From positions 1,504,001-1,568,000 of the forward strand of contig OZ241889.1 of assembly GCA_965203355.1 (NCBI GenBank): a stretch of DNA of 64,000 nt, read 5' to 3'. The notes below the pieces were generated by a model. The model was given only the letters and a program-made list of their open reading frames with translations. It ran no database searches and was not told the DNA's origin. This document shows positions 19,523 through 29,147 of the stretch, piece by piece; the stretch's first letter is position 1, and every line of letters starts with the position of its first letter. This DNA is from Candidatus Latescibacterota bacterium (GTDB lineage: Bacteria; Latescibacterota; UBA2968; UBA8231). The translations under genes and the position numbers were made by a program.

Positions 19523-20577
19523 GTACTCCACTGTTAGAAGCGCGGGGCGCGCGCCGAGCCTTTGGCGGCGGCGTGTTCGATCGGCAGCGGGTCGTCGCGG
19601 TCGCCAACGCCTCGCTGGTGATCCCGGCGGACGATCCGGTGGTGGTGGCCATCGCCGGCGAGAGCGGCAGCGGCAAGACCACCTTGGCGCGCTTGCTGCT
19701 GGGGATTCTACCCCCGACTGGCGGATCCGTGCGCTACCGGGGCGCGGAATTGCGCGATCTCGACGCCAAGACGCGCCAGACCTTTCGCCGGCAGGTACAG
19801 GCCGTGTTTCAGGATCCCTTTGAGGTGTTCAACCCGTTCTACCGAGTGGACCATTCCCTGACGGTGCCGATTGCCAAGTTTTTCCCGCAACTGTCGCGCA
19901 CCGAGCGGCGGCGGCGGATCGAGGAGGGGCTGCAAGCGGTCGGCCTGCGCCCAGAGGAGACGCTTGGGCGTTATCCCCATCAGTTAAGCGGCGGTCAGCG
20001 CCAGCGCATCATGGTGGCGCGGGCCTTATTGCTCAACCCGCGCGTGATCGTGGCCGACGAGCCGGTGTCGATGGTAGATGCCTCGTTGCGCGCTACCATC
20101 TTGGAGACCTTGTCTCGCATTCATCGGGAGCGCGGCATTAGTCTGGTGTATATTACGCACGACCTGACTACGGCGTACCAACTGAGTCACACCATTCTCG
20201 TCATGTACCAAGGGGCGGTGGTCGAGGTGGGCGGTGTGGAGCAGGTCATCAAGGCACCCAATCACCCTTACACGCAGCTACTGGTGAGTTCCATCCCGCT
20301 GCCGGATGCAAAGCGCCGCTGGGGCGAAGGCTCGGTTGATGTCGCCCCTAGCAGGGTGGAAGAGTCGCCGATGGCCGAAGAAGGCGCAGAGATTCCGCGC
20401 CCTACTGGCGGTTGCGCCTTTGCTGAACGCTGCTCCCACGTCATGCCGCGCTGTCTCCAGCAGCGTCCACCGTTGGTGCAGACCGATGCTGGCCGTGCTG
20501 CGGCCTGTTATCTCTACGAGGACGCGGCCGTGCTGTCGGAAGAGCAGGTCGCTGGTTTGTCCTACGGAGGAGGGTGA
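19519..20577 (+). CDS. Peptide ABC transporter ATP-binding protein (DppF-like)
   Basis: GESGSGKTT, YPHQLSGGQRQR, VADEPVS, HPYT and GCAFAERC motifs. Confidence 0.92.
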   Translation: MSTPLLEARGARRAFGGGVFDRQRVVAVANASLVIPADDPVVVAIAGESGSGKTTLARLLLGILPPTGGSVRYRGAELRDLDAKTRQTFRRQVQAVFQDPFEVFNPFYRVDHSLTVPIAKFFPQLSRTERRRRIEEGLQAVGLRPEETLGRYPHQLSGGQRQRIMVARALLLNPRVIVADEPVSMVDASLRATILETLSRIHRERGISLVYITHDLTTAYQLSHTILVMYQGAVVEVGGVEQVIKAPNHPYTQLLVSSIPLPDAKRRWGEGSVDVAPSRVEESPMAEEGAEIPRPTGGCAFAERCSHVMPRCLQQRPPLVQTDAGRAAACYLYEDAAVLSEEQVAGLSYGGG

Positions 20578-20956
20578 ACGCGGGGGATGGACAGGGGATG
20601 AACCCAATTTTGTGCCGGGTGGGTCTATGGAAGAGTTTGTGGCAAACGGTACGCTCGATGCGGAATATGCACAGATCTTTCGCATCGAGAACCCAACCGC
20701 TGGTGTTGCCCTTTTCGCGCACCTATACCCGCTAGACCGCGCTGAGCGCATCCTTCCCGGCCCTCAAACGCAACGAGATGCAGGAGTTCAACGCTACGTC
20801 CTCTGCGCCCGGCCGGTCGCCCCTACTCTATCCATCTCTGTACCCTTTCCGTTACACGCTCCGTCCCTCACAGCCCGCGGCCCCTCTGAGCCGCTGTCTT
20901 GGCACGATTTTTGCCTCTTGCCGGTGCCACCGCACCCGCAACCCAAGGCATCGCTC

Positions 20957-21892
20957 ATGGCCGAATTCGATACCATCGCCAAACACCTCATCCACACCTA
21001 TCCCCGAGACTTCGCCCGCTTCGCCCTCCAACAAGACGACCTCGAAGTCCTCGACATCCTCGACACCGAACAACCCACCGTTGAAGCCCACCGCACCGAC
21101 AGCCTCATCCGCGTGCGCGTCCACGACGAGGAGGCCCTCATCCATCACGAATTTCAAACCACCGACAGCAACCCCCCCATGCCGCAGCGCATGGCCGGTT
21201 ACATCGGCCGCAGCATCGAACAGCACGGCCTGCCCATCTATGCCAACGTCATCTATCTGCGGCCCGACGCCGGCCGGCGCGACCCGGGGTATTATCTCCA
21301 AGAGCGGCGCGGCTTCCGCGTGTTGGTGCAATACCAAGTGATTCGGCTGAGTGAGCTAGACGGCCAACAGACGCTCGATGCGGGGGATGCGGGTTTGCTT
21401 CCGTTTGCGCCGTTGATGCAGCGGCCGACGGGTGTGGATGCGGCAGCATGGCTGCGCCGGTGTGTGAATCGGGCGCAACAGATGCCCATGGCCGCGCTCG
21501 CCAAGGCCGATTATCTGGTCCATCTTGCGATTTTGAGCGGATTGGTGTATAAATCAGAAACGATTATGACCATCATCTCGGAGGCGACCATGTACGAATC
21601 GTCGGTAGTGCAGTATTTCACGGAAAAGGCGCTTGAGCAAGGCATCGAGCAAGGCGTTGAGCAAGGCATTGAGCAAGGCATTGAGCAAGGCATTGAGCAA
21701 GGTGGCCGAGAACGCGCGATTGAATACCTGCTCGACGTGCTGGCGCTTCGCTTTGGGCTGGCCGCGTCGGCTCCATTGGCCGTCCGCTTAGGGGCTATTG
21801 ACGATGTGCAGCACCTCAAGCAGTTGCATCGAGCGGCCATACAGGTGCCCAGTCTCGAAGCCTTTAGGCACTTGCTAGACGGCCTCGAGTAA
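20957..21892 (+). CDS. Rpn/YhgA-like (PD-(D/E)XK) putative nuclease
   Basis: MAEFDTIAK...RTDSL...HHEFQT..MPQRM; (EQGI)n repeat; C-terminal LALRFG...LKQLHRAA. The ORF-track start at 20306 is an unlikely extension. Confidence 0.8.
   Translation: MAEFDTIAKHLIHTYPRDFARFALQQDDLEVLDILDTEQPTVEAHRTDSLIRVRVHDEEALIHHEFQTTDSNPPMPQRMAGYIGRSIEQHGLPIYANVIYLRPDAGRRDPGYYLQERRGFRVLVQYQVIRLSELDGQQTLDAGDAGLLPFAPLMQRPTGVDAAAWLRRCVNRAQQMPMAALAKADYLVHLAILSGLVYKSETIMTIISEATMYESSVVQYFTEKALEQGIEQGVEQGIEQGIEQGIEQGGRERAIEYLLDVLALRFGLAASAPLAVRLGAIDDVQHLKQLHRAAIQVPSLEAFRHLLDGLE
21635..21703 (+). repeat. 12-bp tandem repeat GAGCAAGGCATT (~6 copies) encoding EQGI
   Basis: Seen directly in the sequence; typical of Rpn-family C-termini. 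Confidence 0.9.
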
Positions 21893-21894
21893 AG

Positions 21895-23688
21895 GTGCTG
21901 CACAACGTCCAGACGACCGGCCGGTCGCCACTATATGCCATTTTCGCGGCGTGGGCCGTTTTGGTTAGCTGCGGGCCGACCGTGGTGCTGGACGATGTTC
22001 CGCGGGACCGCACCCTGATCTTGATGAACGGCGGGCCGAACCAGTATTCTCTGTTCGACAATCAGAACCCCTACATTCCCGGCTCCGATCAAGGGTTCCA
22101 CATGGGTACGCTGCCGGCGGTGTTCGAGCCGCTGATTATGTACAATGTGCTCACCGGGGAATACGAAAATTGGCTGGCGGAGAGTTGGGCGTACGACGAC
22201 AGCTTTACCGTGCTCACCGTGAAAATTCGCGCGGGCATTGAATGGGCAGACGGCATCCCCTTCACGACACGCGATGTGGCCTTCACATTCGACCTGCTGC
22301 GCGATCACGCCGAGTCCATGGTGCATCTGGCCGACCTGCCCGAGTTTTTTGACTCCACCGAGGTCGTTGATGACCACACCGTGCGGCTGGTGCTAAAAAA
22401 GGCGGGGCCGGTGTTTTGGGCGACTACGCTGAGCAGCAATCACGGCATCTTCGTCTTGCCCGAGCATATCTGGAAAGATCGGGATCCACTAGCGTTCACT
22501 TTCCACGACATGGACGGTGGCTTGCCCTTGGGCACCGGTCCCTACCGCCTCGTGTACGCTTCGCCGCACCAGAAAATCTACGATTTGCGCGAGGACTGGT
22601 GGGCGGCTAAGGCGGGCTTCAAGCGCCTGCCGCGAATCGAGCGAATCATCTACGTGCCGCAGCAGGAGGAGAGTCAGGCCGCGCAGTTGCTGCTGACGGA
22701 TCAGCTCGACATGGCACCCATCATGCAGGTGCTCACCCTCGAAAGCGTGTTAGAGCGCAATGCGCGGGTGGTGACTTTTGCTGATCGGCAGCCACCCTAC
22801 GGCTATTTGGACTGGTGTCCGATTGACCTCAACGTGAACTGCTCGGAGCCGCCTTTTGACGATCCGCAGATTCGCCGGGCGATTAGCATGGCCATCGACC
22901 GGGAAAAGCTCGTCCAGTTGGCTGAGTCGGGTGCGGGCGTGGTCGCGCTGCATCCTTTTACGCCCTACGAATGGTTCGCGCCTTTTGACGAGGCTCTGCA
23001 AGAGATTCTCGCCCGGCACGGGTACGACGCCAAGCCGCACTTGGAAGAAGTCAATCGGATCATGGAGGGGAAAGGCTATGGCAAGGACGAGGAGGGTTTG
23101 TGGGTCAACGCGGAGGGCGCGCGCGTCGAGATCGCCCTGTACGTGCCGCAGTGGCTACGGGCTTACGGTCCACCGCTGACGCAACAGCTACGCGACGCTG
23201 GTTTTGATGCGAACTTCGACACCTCGCCCGGCCTGACTTCTCTCGTGCAGACGGGAGAGCAAAAGGCTTCTCTCGGCTGCAAGGGCCCCAGCGGCGTACG
23301 CGGCATGGACCCCTATCTGATGCTGTCTTACTACACCTCGCAGTACTTCCGCCCCACCGGGCAGCCGGCCCCGCTGTGGTCGACCATCTCGCGCTGGCGC
23401 AACGAGGAGTTCGACCGCCTTGTCGAGCGCATCGCGCCTCTACGGGTCGGCGACGAGGAACTATTGAAGTTGTTTAGCGCGGCCATGGAAATATGGGTGG
23501 GAGAGCTGCCCGACATCTTCTTGGCCCAGCTCATCATTCGCTATCCTTGCAACACCACGCACTGGACCGGCTGGCCGAGTCAGCAAGACCCTTACGGCTT
23601 TCCGCATTCTTGGCAGTGGGAGTTGTTGAAGACCTTCATCCGACTGGAGCCTGTCGCGCCCTTGTCGATCAGCCCGCGAGGAGAGTAA
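21895..23688 (+). CDS. ABC transporter substrate-binding lipoprotein (family 5)
   Basis: Lipobox LVSC; WADGIPFTTRDVAFTF, LGTGPY and PFDDPQIRRAISMAIDR motifs. Confidence 0.9.
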   Translation: MLHNVQTTGRSPLYAIFAAWAVLVSCGPTVVLDDVPRDRTLILMNGGPNQYSLFDNQNPYIPGSDQGFHMGTLPAVFEPLIMYNVLTGEYENWLAESWAYDDSFTVLTVKIRAGIEWADGIPFTTRDVAFTFDLLRDHAESMVHLADLPEFFDSTEVVDDHTVRLVLKKAGPVFWATTLSSNHGIFVLPEHIWKDRDPLAFTFHDMDGGLPLGTGPYRLVYASPHQKIYDLREDWWAAKAGFKRLPRIERIIYVPQQEESQAAQLLLTDQLDMAPIMQVLTLESVLERNARVVTFADRQPPYGYLDWCPIDLNVNCSEPPFDDPQIRRAISMAIDREKLVQLAESGAGVVALHPFTPYEWFAPFDEALQEILARHGYDAKPHLEEVNRIMEGKGYGKDEEGLWVNAEGARVEIALYVPQWLRAYGPPLTQQLRDAGFDANFDTSPGLTSLVQTGEQKASLGCKGPSGVRGMDPYLMLSYYTSQYFRPTGQPAPLWSTISRWRNEEFDRLVERIAPLRVGDEELLKLFSAAMEIWVGELPDIFLAQLIIRYPCNTTHWTGWPSQQDPYGFPHSWQWELLKTFIRLEPVAPLSISPRGE

Positions 23689-23689
23689 A

Positions 23690-25135
23690 ATGTCAGACCA
23701 GCGGCCCAATATCCTGCTCATTATGACCGACCAGCAGCGCGGCGACTGCATGGGCCTCGACCCCCACAGTCCCTCGTGTCTGCAAACGCCCAACTTGGAC
23801 TGGCTTGCCCGAACCGGCACGCACTTTCACCACGGCTATTCCGAATGCCCCAGTTGCATTCCCGCGCGCCGCAGCTTGATGACCGGCACAGCGCCCGCGG
23901 CCAATGGAGCCGTTGGCTTCAAAAGTGCTCGGTGGCAGCCGCCGCACACCTTGGCTGGCGAGCTGTCCAAGGCCGGTTATCAGACGGAGATGATCGGCAA
24001 ACTCCACTTAACCCCCCAGCGCAAGCGCTACGGTTTTGACCACATGCAGCTAGCGGATGCTACGCGGGGTGCTGACAACGACTATGTCGAATGGCTGCGG
24101 CAGTATCACGGCCGCAATGAGGTCGATCCCGGCATGGCCCACGGCATTTCCGCCAACGGCTGGATCGGTCGCCCGCACCATTTGCCGGAAGAACAAATGC
24201 ATACCTTTTGGTGCGTTGATCGGGCGATGGATTTTCTGCGTAAACGCGACCCGTCGGCTCCATTTTTTCTCAACGTTTCCCTGATTGATCCCCACCCTCC
24301 GCTCACGCCACCGGCTCCTTATTACGACCGCTATATCGACCGCAGCCTGCCCGATCCATGGGTCGGCGATTGGGCACCCGCATTCGATGGTGCCGAAAAA
24401 GGTCTCAATCCCAATGCGTGGGAAATTTGCCTCAACGAATGCGATATGCGCTGTTGTCGCGCCGCTTATTACGGCATGATCAACTTCATAGACGACCAGA
24501 TTGGCCGCCTCATTCAGTTTACCGGGGGGCTCGACAACTGCTTAGTCATCTTCACTTCCGATCACGGCGAAATGCTGGGCGACCACAACCTCTTCCGCAA
24601 AACGTGGCCCTATGAAGCGTCGGCGCGCGTTCCGTTTTTCATGCGTGCGCCAAGAAACTGGGACTATCCCGAAGAGGTCGTGTGCCAAAGTCCCGTCGGC
24701 ATCCAAGACATCATGCCCACCATTCTCGCGGCGGCTGGCATCGACATTCCCGCTAGTTGCACGGGCAAAAGCCTCCTACCTGTCATGCAGGGCGAGGCCG
24801 ACGGCGTGCGGGAATTGCTCCATGGCGAACACGCTGGGTGTTACGCGCGCGACCACGGCAATCACTATCTCACCGATGGGCACGGCAAATACATCTGGTA
24901 TTCGCAGACGGGCCAAGAGCATCTTTTCGACTTAGACCAAGATCCCCAGGAAATGCGCGATCTGTCGCGTGGGTCCGACGCTGAAGTTAAGATGCAGCCG
25001 TGGCGCGAGCATCTCAGCGAAATCCTCAAAGATCGACCGGAAGGTTTTGTCGATGGGACGCGCTTAATTCCCGGCCAACCCCATGACGCGCTGCTGCCAG
25101 ACTACGATCCAGCAGCGACGTATCCGTATCTATGA
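23690..25135 (+). CDS. Formylglycine-dependent (aryl)sulfatase
   Basis: RPNILLIMTDQ, CIPAR (CxPxR), GKLH, PHPP and SDHG motifs. Confidence 0.92.
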   Translation: MSDQRPNILLIMTDQQRGDCMGLDPHSPSCLQTPNLDWLARTGTHFHHGYSECPSCIPARRSLMTGTAPAANGAVGFKSARWQPPHTLAGELSKAGYQTEMIGKLHLTPQRKRYGFDHMQLADATRGADNDYVEWLRQYHGRNEVDPGMAHGISANGWIGRPHHLPEEQMHTFWCVDRAMDFLRKRDPSAPFFLNVSLIDPHPPLTPPAPYYDRYIDRSLPDPWVGDWAPAFDGAEKGLNPNAWEICLNECDMRCCRAAYYGMINFIDDQIGRLIQFTGGLDNCLVIFTSDHGEMLGDHNLFRKTWPYEASARVPFFMRAPRNWDYPEEVVCQSPVGIQDIMPTILAAAGIDIPASCTGKSLLPVMQGEADGVRELLHGEHAGCYARDHGNHYLTDGHGKYIWYSQTGQEHLFDLDQDPQEMRDLSRGSDAEVKMQPWREHLSEILKDRPEGFVDGTRLIPGQPHDALLPDYDPAATYPYL

Positions 25136-25270
25136 GCTCAGTACGCAGCACTTGTTGTTGGGCGGAACCGCACCGCGTCTAGTGCCGCCAGCACGCCATT
25201 GCACATCGGGATAGGCGAGGACAAAGGGCTGCGAAAAGCGCACTGCGTCTTTGCATTTTTTAAGTAATCG

Positions 25271-25786
25271 TCAGGGGCGTTCCCAGCGATAGCGCAAGGC
25301 TACATTGGGAATGGGGCGGATGGCAAAGCCGTCGTCGGACGCGAGGAAGATGGCGATTGGGATGTCCATGGAAACGGCGATGTTTTTAGCGTGCATCTCC
25401 AGGCCCACGCCCGGCCCCACTACCACATCCAGCTTCTCGTCGCTGTTTTTGTCGCGGATGTGGTCGTGTTCTTCGAAAGAATCCCGGTATTCGCTCCACC
25501 GGTAAAACGCGGCCACGCCCCCAGAGAAAAACGCCCGCGCCCACTCGCCTTGGTGCAAGGTCTTGAACGAGGTCAACCCCCCAAAGAGATAGCGTTCCTC
25601 TTGGGACCAATACGGAACCCCCGCGATCTGCCAGCCGTTGCCGGTAGTGGGATTTTGGCGACCGTAACTGATGCCTAGCCCATAGGTTGGCCCGGCCACG
25701 AACCCAATGCTGTGGCCCACACCGTCTGCGGCCAGTGTGGCCGGCGCTAGCAAAGCCGCCAGCGCGATGCTGCGTACCGTGATCAT
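25271..25786 (-). CDS. Hypothetical secreted small beta-barrel-like protein
   Basis: AAGGAG RBS; signal peptide; alternating beta-strand pattern; ends LRYRW. Confidence 0.6.
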   Translation of the reverse strand: MITVRSIALAALLAPATLAADGVGHSIGFVAGPTYGLGISYGRQNPTTGNGWQIAGVPYWSQEERYLFGGLTSFKTLHQGEWARAFFSGGVAAFYRWSEYRDSFEEHDHIRDKNSDEKLDVVVGPGVGLEMHAKNIAVSMDIPIAIFLASDDGFAIRPIPNVALRYRWERP

Positions 25787-26037
25787 AATATCTCCTTGTG
25801 GTGTAGCGGTTGTAAGGGTCGATGCTCGTGAAAATCGGTCGCGGTACGGTTGAGGTCGGGCTTGGGGTGCCGGAGTTCAGGCGGGGCGGGGCGACCCGTT
25901 CAACGGGAGTAAAGCTAAATTGCAAAACGTACCACGACCTGAAAATCAGGCTGACGAGGATTGTTATTTTCTGATCCCTGCTCAGCCTCATTGTATCGGA
26001 CGCTCGTCGGCTGGTTGAGTTTCTTTCTTGGCGTTTC

Positions 26038-26796
26038 CTACATGTCGCGCAATAGCACTATAAACAACTCGACGTCATCTTGTTCTTCGCCCTGCAAGTC
26101 CACGCTGACTCCTGCGTTTAGCACCGTGCCATCGCCGAGGCCGATGTCGAGGTTCGGCGCTAAGCGGACGCTGAGGTCGTCTGCCAAGTCGGCGGTGTTG
26201 GACGTAAGAAGCAGGTCGAGGTACGCGCTTAGTTTTTCGCTGAATACTTGGGCTGGTTCGAGCAAGAGATCGACGACGATCCCCTCTTCGGCGTAGCCTT
26301 TGAGTGCGGCGACCTGCAATCGAGTGTTGAAGCGGAAGGTGGGCCCCATGCGGATGGTCTGCATGAGACCAACGGCTAGCCCTGGTTCGGAAATGTCGCC
26401 GGCCGGTAGGGCGAGGCCGACGGTCGCCGCGCGGTTGGGGCCGAGTTGGTACTTGCTGCCGACCACGATCGACGAAAGGTTGGAACGCCCGTCCTTGAAG
26501 AAGCCAAAGGTGAGCTGTGTGCCCACTTCAAAGCGCGCGTGGGGATTGAATTTGGCCATGGCCACGATGTCGCTCGCGTCCTTGAGTTCTTTGAACGTGG
26601 AGGAAGTGGTGCGGACGCCAATATCGACGCTAGTGTAGCCTAGGCCGCCCGGCAGGACGTAGTAGGGGTCGTAGCTGAGGGGAGCGTGGACGACCGGGGC
26701 TTCGGTCTCAGACGCGACCGCTTCTTCTGCGGGTTGAGCATGGATGGCGGTGCCCACGAATGCGACCACGCCGATCAGGGCGCAAAACAGGTGCAT
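26038..26796 (-). CDS. Hypothetical outer-membrane beta-barrel-like protein
   Basis: GGAG RBS; signal peptide; amphipathic strands. Confidence 0.6.
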   Translation of the reverse strand: MHLFCALIGVVAFVGTAIHAQPAEEAVASETEAPVVHAPLSYDPYYVLPGGLGYTSVDIGVRTTSSTFKELKDASDIVAMAKFNPHARFEVGTQLTFGFFKDGRSNLSSIVVGSKYQLGPNRAATVGLALPAGDISEPGLAVGLMQTIRMGPTFRFNTRLQVAALKGYAEEGIVVDLLLEPAQVFSEKLSAYLDLLLTSNTADLADDLSVRLAPNLDIGLGDGTVLNAGVSVDLQGEEQDDVELFIVLLRDM

Positions 26797-26824
26797 AAGG
26801 TCTCCTAAAATTGTGAGGGAATGT

Positions 26825-27775
26825 TCAAAAGCCGCAGCGCTTACAGGCGCGGAAGAAAGGCTCGGCCATGGCGTAGGCCCCGCGAAAAACCATGTCGCTG
26901 GTGAGGGGATGGACGCAGATCAGGCGGGCGCCGTTGTCGATGGCTTCGACCATATTGTCTTCGATGTCTTGGGGATCTTCCATGGCGCCGTGCCCGACGA
27001 CGCGGCCCGTGTGGATGCCGCGCTCGGCCGCGGCGCGGAAGAGCGCGTTGACCGCGTCGTTGACGGCCGGGAGATCGCCCTCGCGCAGCATGGCGTCAAA
27101 CGGGCCGACAAAGCCACAGGCCTTGTTGCGCCCTTGGGTGGCCATCAGGTCGAGGACGCGGTCGCGGGTTTCAATGTCGATGATGTATTCCTTGGTCTCG
27201 AACTGGATCCAGCCTTGGGTCTCGGTCTCGGTGCGGCGCAATGCGTCGGGCGTGAACATCATGGCCCGCTCGCCGTCGCGCACTGGATAGCCGCCGCGAT
27301 CGTCTGGGGTGGCTTGGCCGGGAATGGGGAAACTGATGGCGCGGAAGTAGCGCTCGGCCTCCTCGTACGTGGTGCCATAGGGGCGCATTGTCGCGCGCGC
27401 TCCGAGCTGAAAGGCGTCGCCGTGTTCGGAGCGGGCCTCGCGGGCCAGGCGCTGAACCGGCAAGATGCCGTGGCGGGAGAGGACGGCGTTTTGCTCGCGG
27501 CCGTACCAGCCTTCCCATTGGCTGTGCTCGGCGTCGTTGACGATCCACGACCAGCCGGCCTTGGCCCAAGCGTGGACTTCGGCGTCGCGCAGTTTGTGCC
27601 ACGGCACGTCGTTGAAGCCGCCCAACAGGGGCGGCGTTGTGGCCACGGATTCGCACTGGTCGAGGGTTTCCTTGAGCGGGTTGCGGACGGGATTGCGGGC
27701 GTAATTGTAAGCGCGGCGGGCGAATTCCTCGGCGTTGAGGGGCCGGTTGCCGCCGATGGCTGCGATGGCGTCCAC
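26825..27775 (-). CDS. HpcH/HpaI aldolase/citrate lyase family protein
   Basis: WIVNDAEHS, IQFET and FVGPFD motifs; AAGGAG RBS. Confidence 0.75.
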   Translation of the reverse strand: MDAIAAIGGNRPLNAEEFARRAYNYARNPVRNPLKETLDQCESVATTPPLLGGFNDVPWHKLRDAEVHAWAKAGWSWIVNDAEHSQWEGWYGREQNAVLSRHGILPVQRLAREARSEHGDAFQLGARATMRPYGTTYEEAERYFRAISFPIPGQATPDDRGGYPVRDGERAMMFTPDALRRTETETQGWIQFETKEYIIDIETRDRVLDLMATQGRNKACGFVGPFDAMLREGDLPAVNDAVNALFRAAAERGIHTGRVVGHGAMEDPQDIEDNMVEAIDNGARLICVHPLTSDMVFRGAYAMAEPFFRACKRCGF

Positions 27776-27833
27776 TTAGGTGTCTCCTTGTTTTTGTTTC
27801 GCGTTTATAACGAGTCGCCCGATCAAAGAGCGG

Positions 27834-29147
27834 CTAGCCGGGCGGGAGCATACTGGACAACAGCGTCGCTAGGCCCAAAAACGAAAGGAAGCCCACGATG
27901 TCGGTCGCGGTCGTGAGAATGATCGAGGACGCTGTCGCCGGGTCGTGGCCGAGCTTGGCCAGCACGACCGGGATGGCTGCGCCCGCTATGGATGCGAGCA
28001 CCATGGACACTAACATGGCGCACAACATGACGAGAGCCAGCCCCATGCTCTGGCTCCAGATGAAGACGCCGATCGCGGTCACCGCGGCAATGGCCAGCCC
28101 GTTGCAAAAGCCGATTGCCAGCTCTTTGCCGAGGACGCGGCCCGCGTGTGAAGTGCGGATTTCGCGCAGCGCGAGTCCTCGCATGGTCACGGCGAGGGCC
28201 TGTGCGCCCGTGTTGCCCGACTGACCCGCGACTACGGGCAACAGGACCGCGAGCGCGGTAAACTTGGCAATGGTGTCCTCGAAGAGGCCGACGACCGCGG
28301 CCGCGAGAAAGGCGGTTGCGAGGTTGATGTTGAGCCAGGGCAGCCGGCTGCGAATGCCCACCCACGGCTTGGACAGGGCGCGCTCTTCCGCGGATACACC
28401 GACCATTTCTTGGACATCGCTCGCCAAGTCTTGCTGTGCCGCGCTCACGAGACCGTCGTGGCGAATGACGCCTACTACTTGTCCGGCAAAATCGACCACT
28501 GGCAAGCTGGTGAGGTGATAGGTGTTGAGGAGTTTGACGACTTCCTCTCGCGGCGTCATGGGCTGCACTTGCACGACGGTGCCGTCGCCGAGATCGCCGA
28601 GCCGCCGCTCGGGATCAGCGGCGACTAGGTCCGGCAGCCGCACCAAGCCCGCGTAGCGATCGTTTTCGTCGCGCAGCACGAGTGCCATGGCGCGGCGATT
28701 GCCGAGCTGGCGGATTCGCGCTAGCGCGGTGGCTACCGTGCAATCCACGGCGAAAGTGCTGACTTGGGCGTCCATGAGTGCGCCGGCCGTGCCCGGGGGA
28801 TAGGCGAGGATCGCTTGGATTTCCCGCCCGCGCTCGGCGCCCGCTGATGCGACGATCCGCGCCTGCGCTGATTCGTCGAGATGCGCCACGAGCCTGGCGG
28901 TCATGGCCGGGTCGAGTTGGGTGAGAAGGCGACTCAAGTGAGCGTCGTCCAAGTGCGTTAAAACGCGTGCGCCGCGCTCCAGCTCCATCCGCTGCAAAAC
29001 GGTTGCCGCGACCGCGTCGTCCACGCCCTGCAACACGCCGACGGCTTCTGCCGCCTCGGCGTCGTCTAACTGACGCGCCACTTGCTCGGGATGGAGTTCG
29101 ACGAATCGCTGGATGAGCACTTGGTGCGGAGTGGGCTGTTCCATCAC
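27834..29147 (-). CDS. mgtE: Magnesium transporter MgtE
   Basis: N-domain, YPPGTAGALM, CBS pair, RLPWL, GNTGAQ, DPATAS..ILTTATD. Confidence 0.92.
   Translation of the reverse strand: MMEQPTPHQVLIQRFVELHPEQVARQLDDAEAAEAVGVLQGVDDAVAATVLQRMELERGARVLTHLDDAHLSRLLTQLDPAMTARLVAHLDESAQARIVASAGAERGREIQAILAYPPGTAGALMDAQVSTFAVDCTVATALARIRQLGNRRAMALVLRDENDRYAGLVRLPDLVAADPERRLGDLGDGTVVQVQPMTPREEVVKLLNTYHLTSLPVVDFAGQVVGVIRHDGLVSAAQQDLASDVQEMVGVSAEERALSKPWVGIRSRLPWLNINLATAFLAAAVVGLFEDTIAKFTALAVLLPVVAGQSGNTGAQALAVTMRGLALREIRTSHAGRVLGKELAIGFCNGLAIAAVTAIGVFIWSQSMGLALVMLCAMLVSMVLASIAGAAIPVVLAKLGHDPATASSIILTTATDIVGFLSFLGLATLLSSMLPPG

Noticed and set aside
20306-20956. N-terminal extension of the Rpn-like ORF (528-aa call)
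   Set aside because: It overlaps dppF, and the paralog at 52734 begins at the position equivalent to MAEFD (20957).
21635-21703. EQGI tandem repeat as a novel feature
   Set aside because: A well-known trait of Rpn/YhgA-like proteins.
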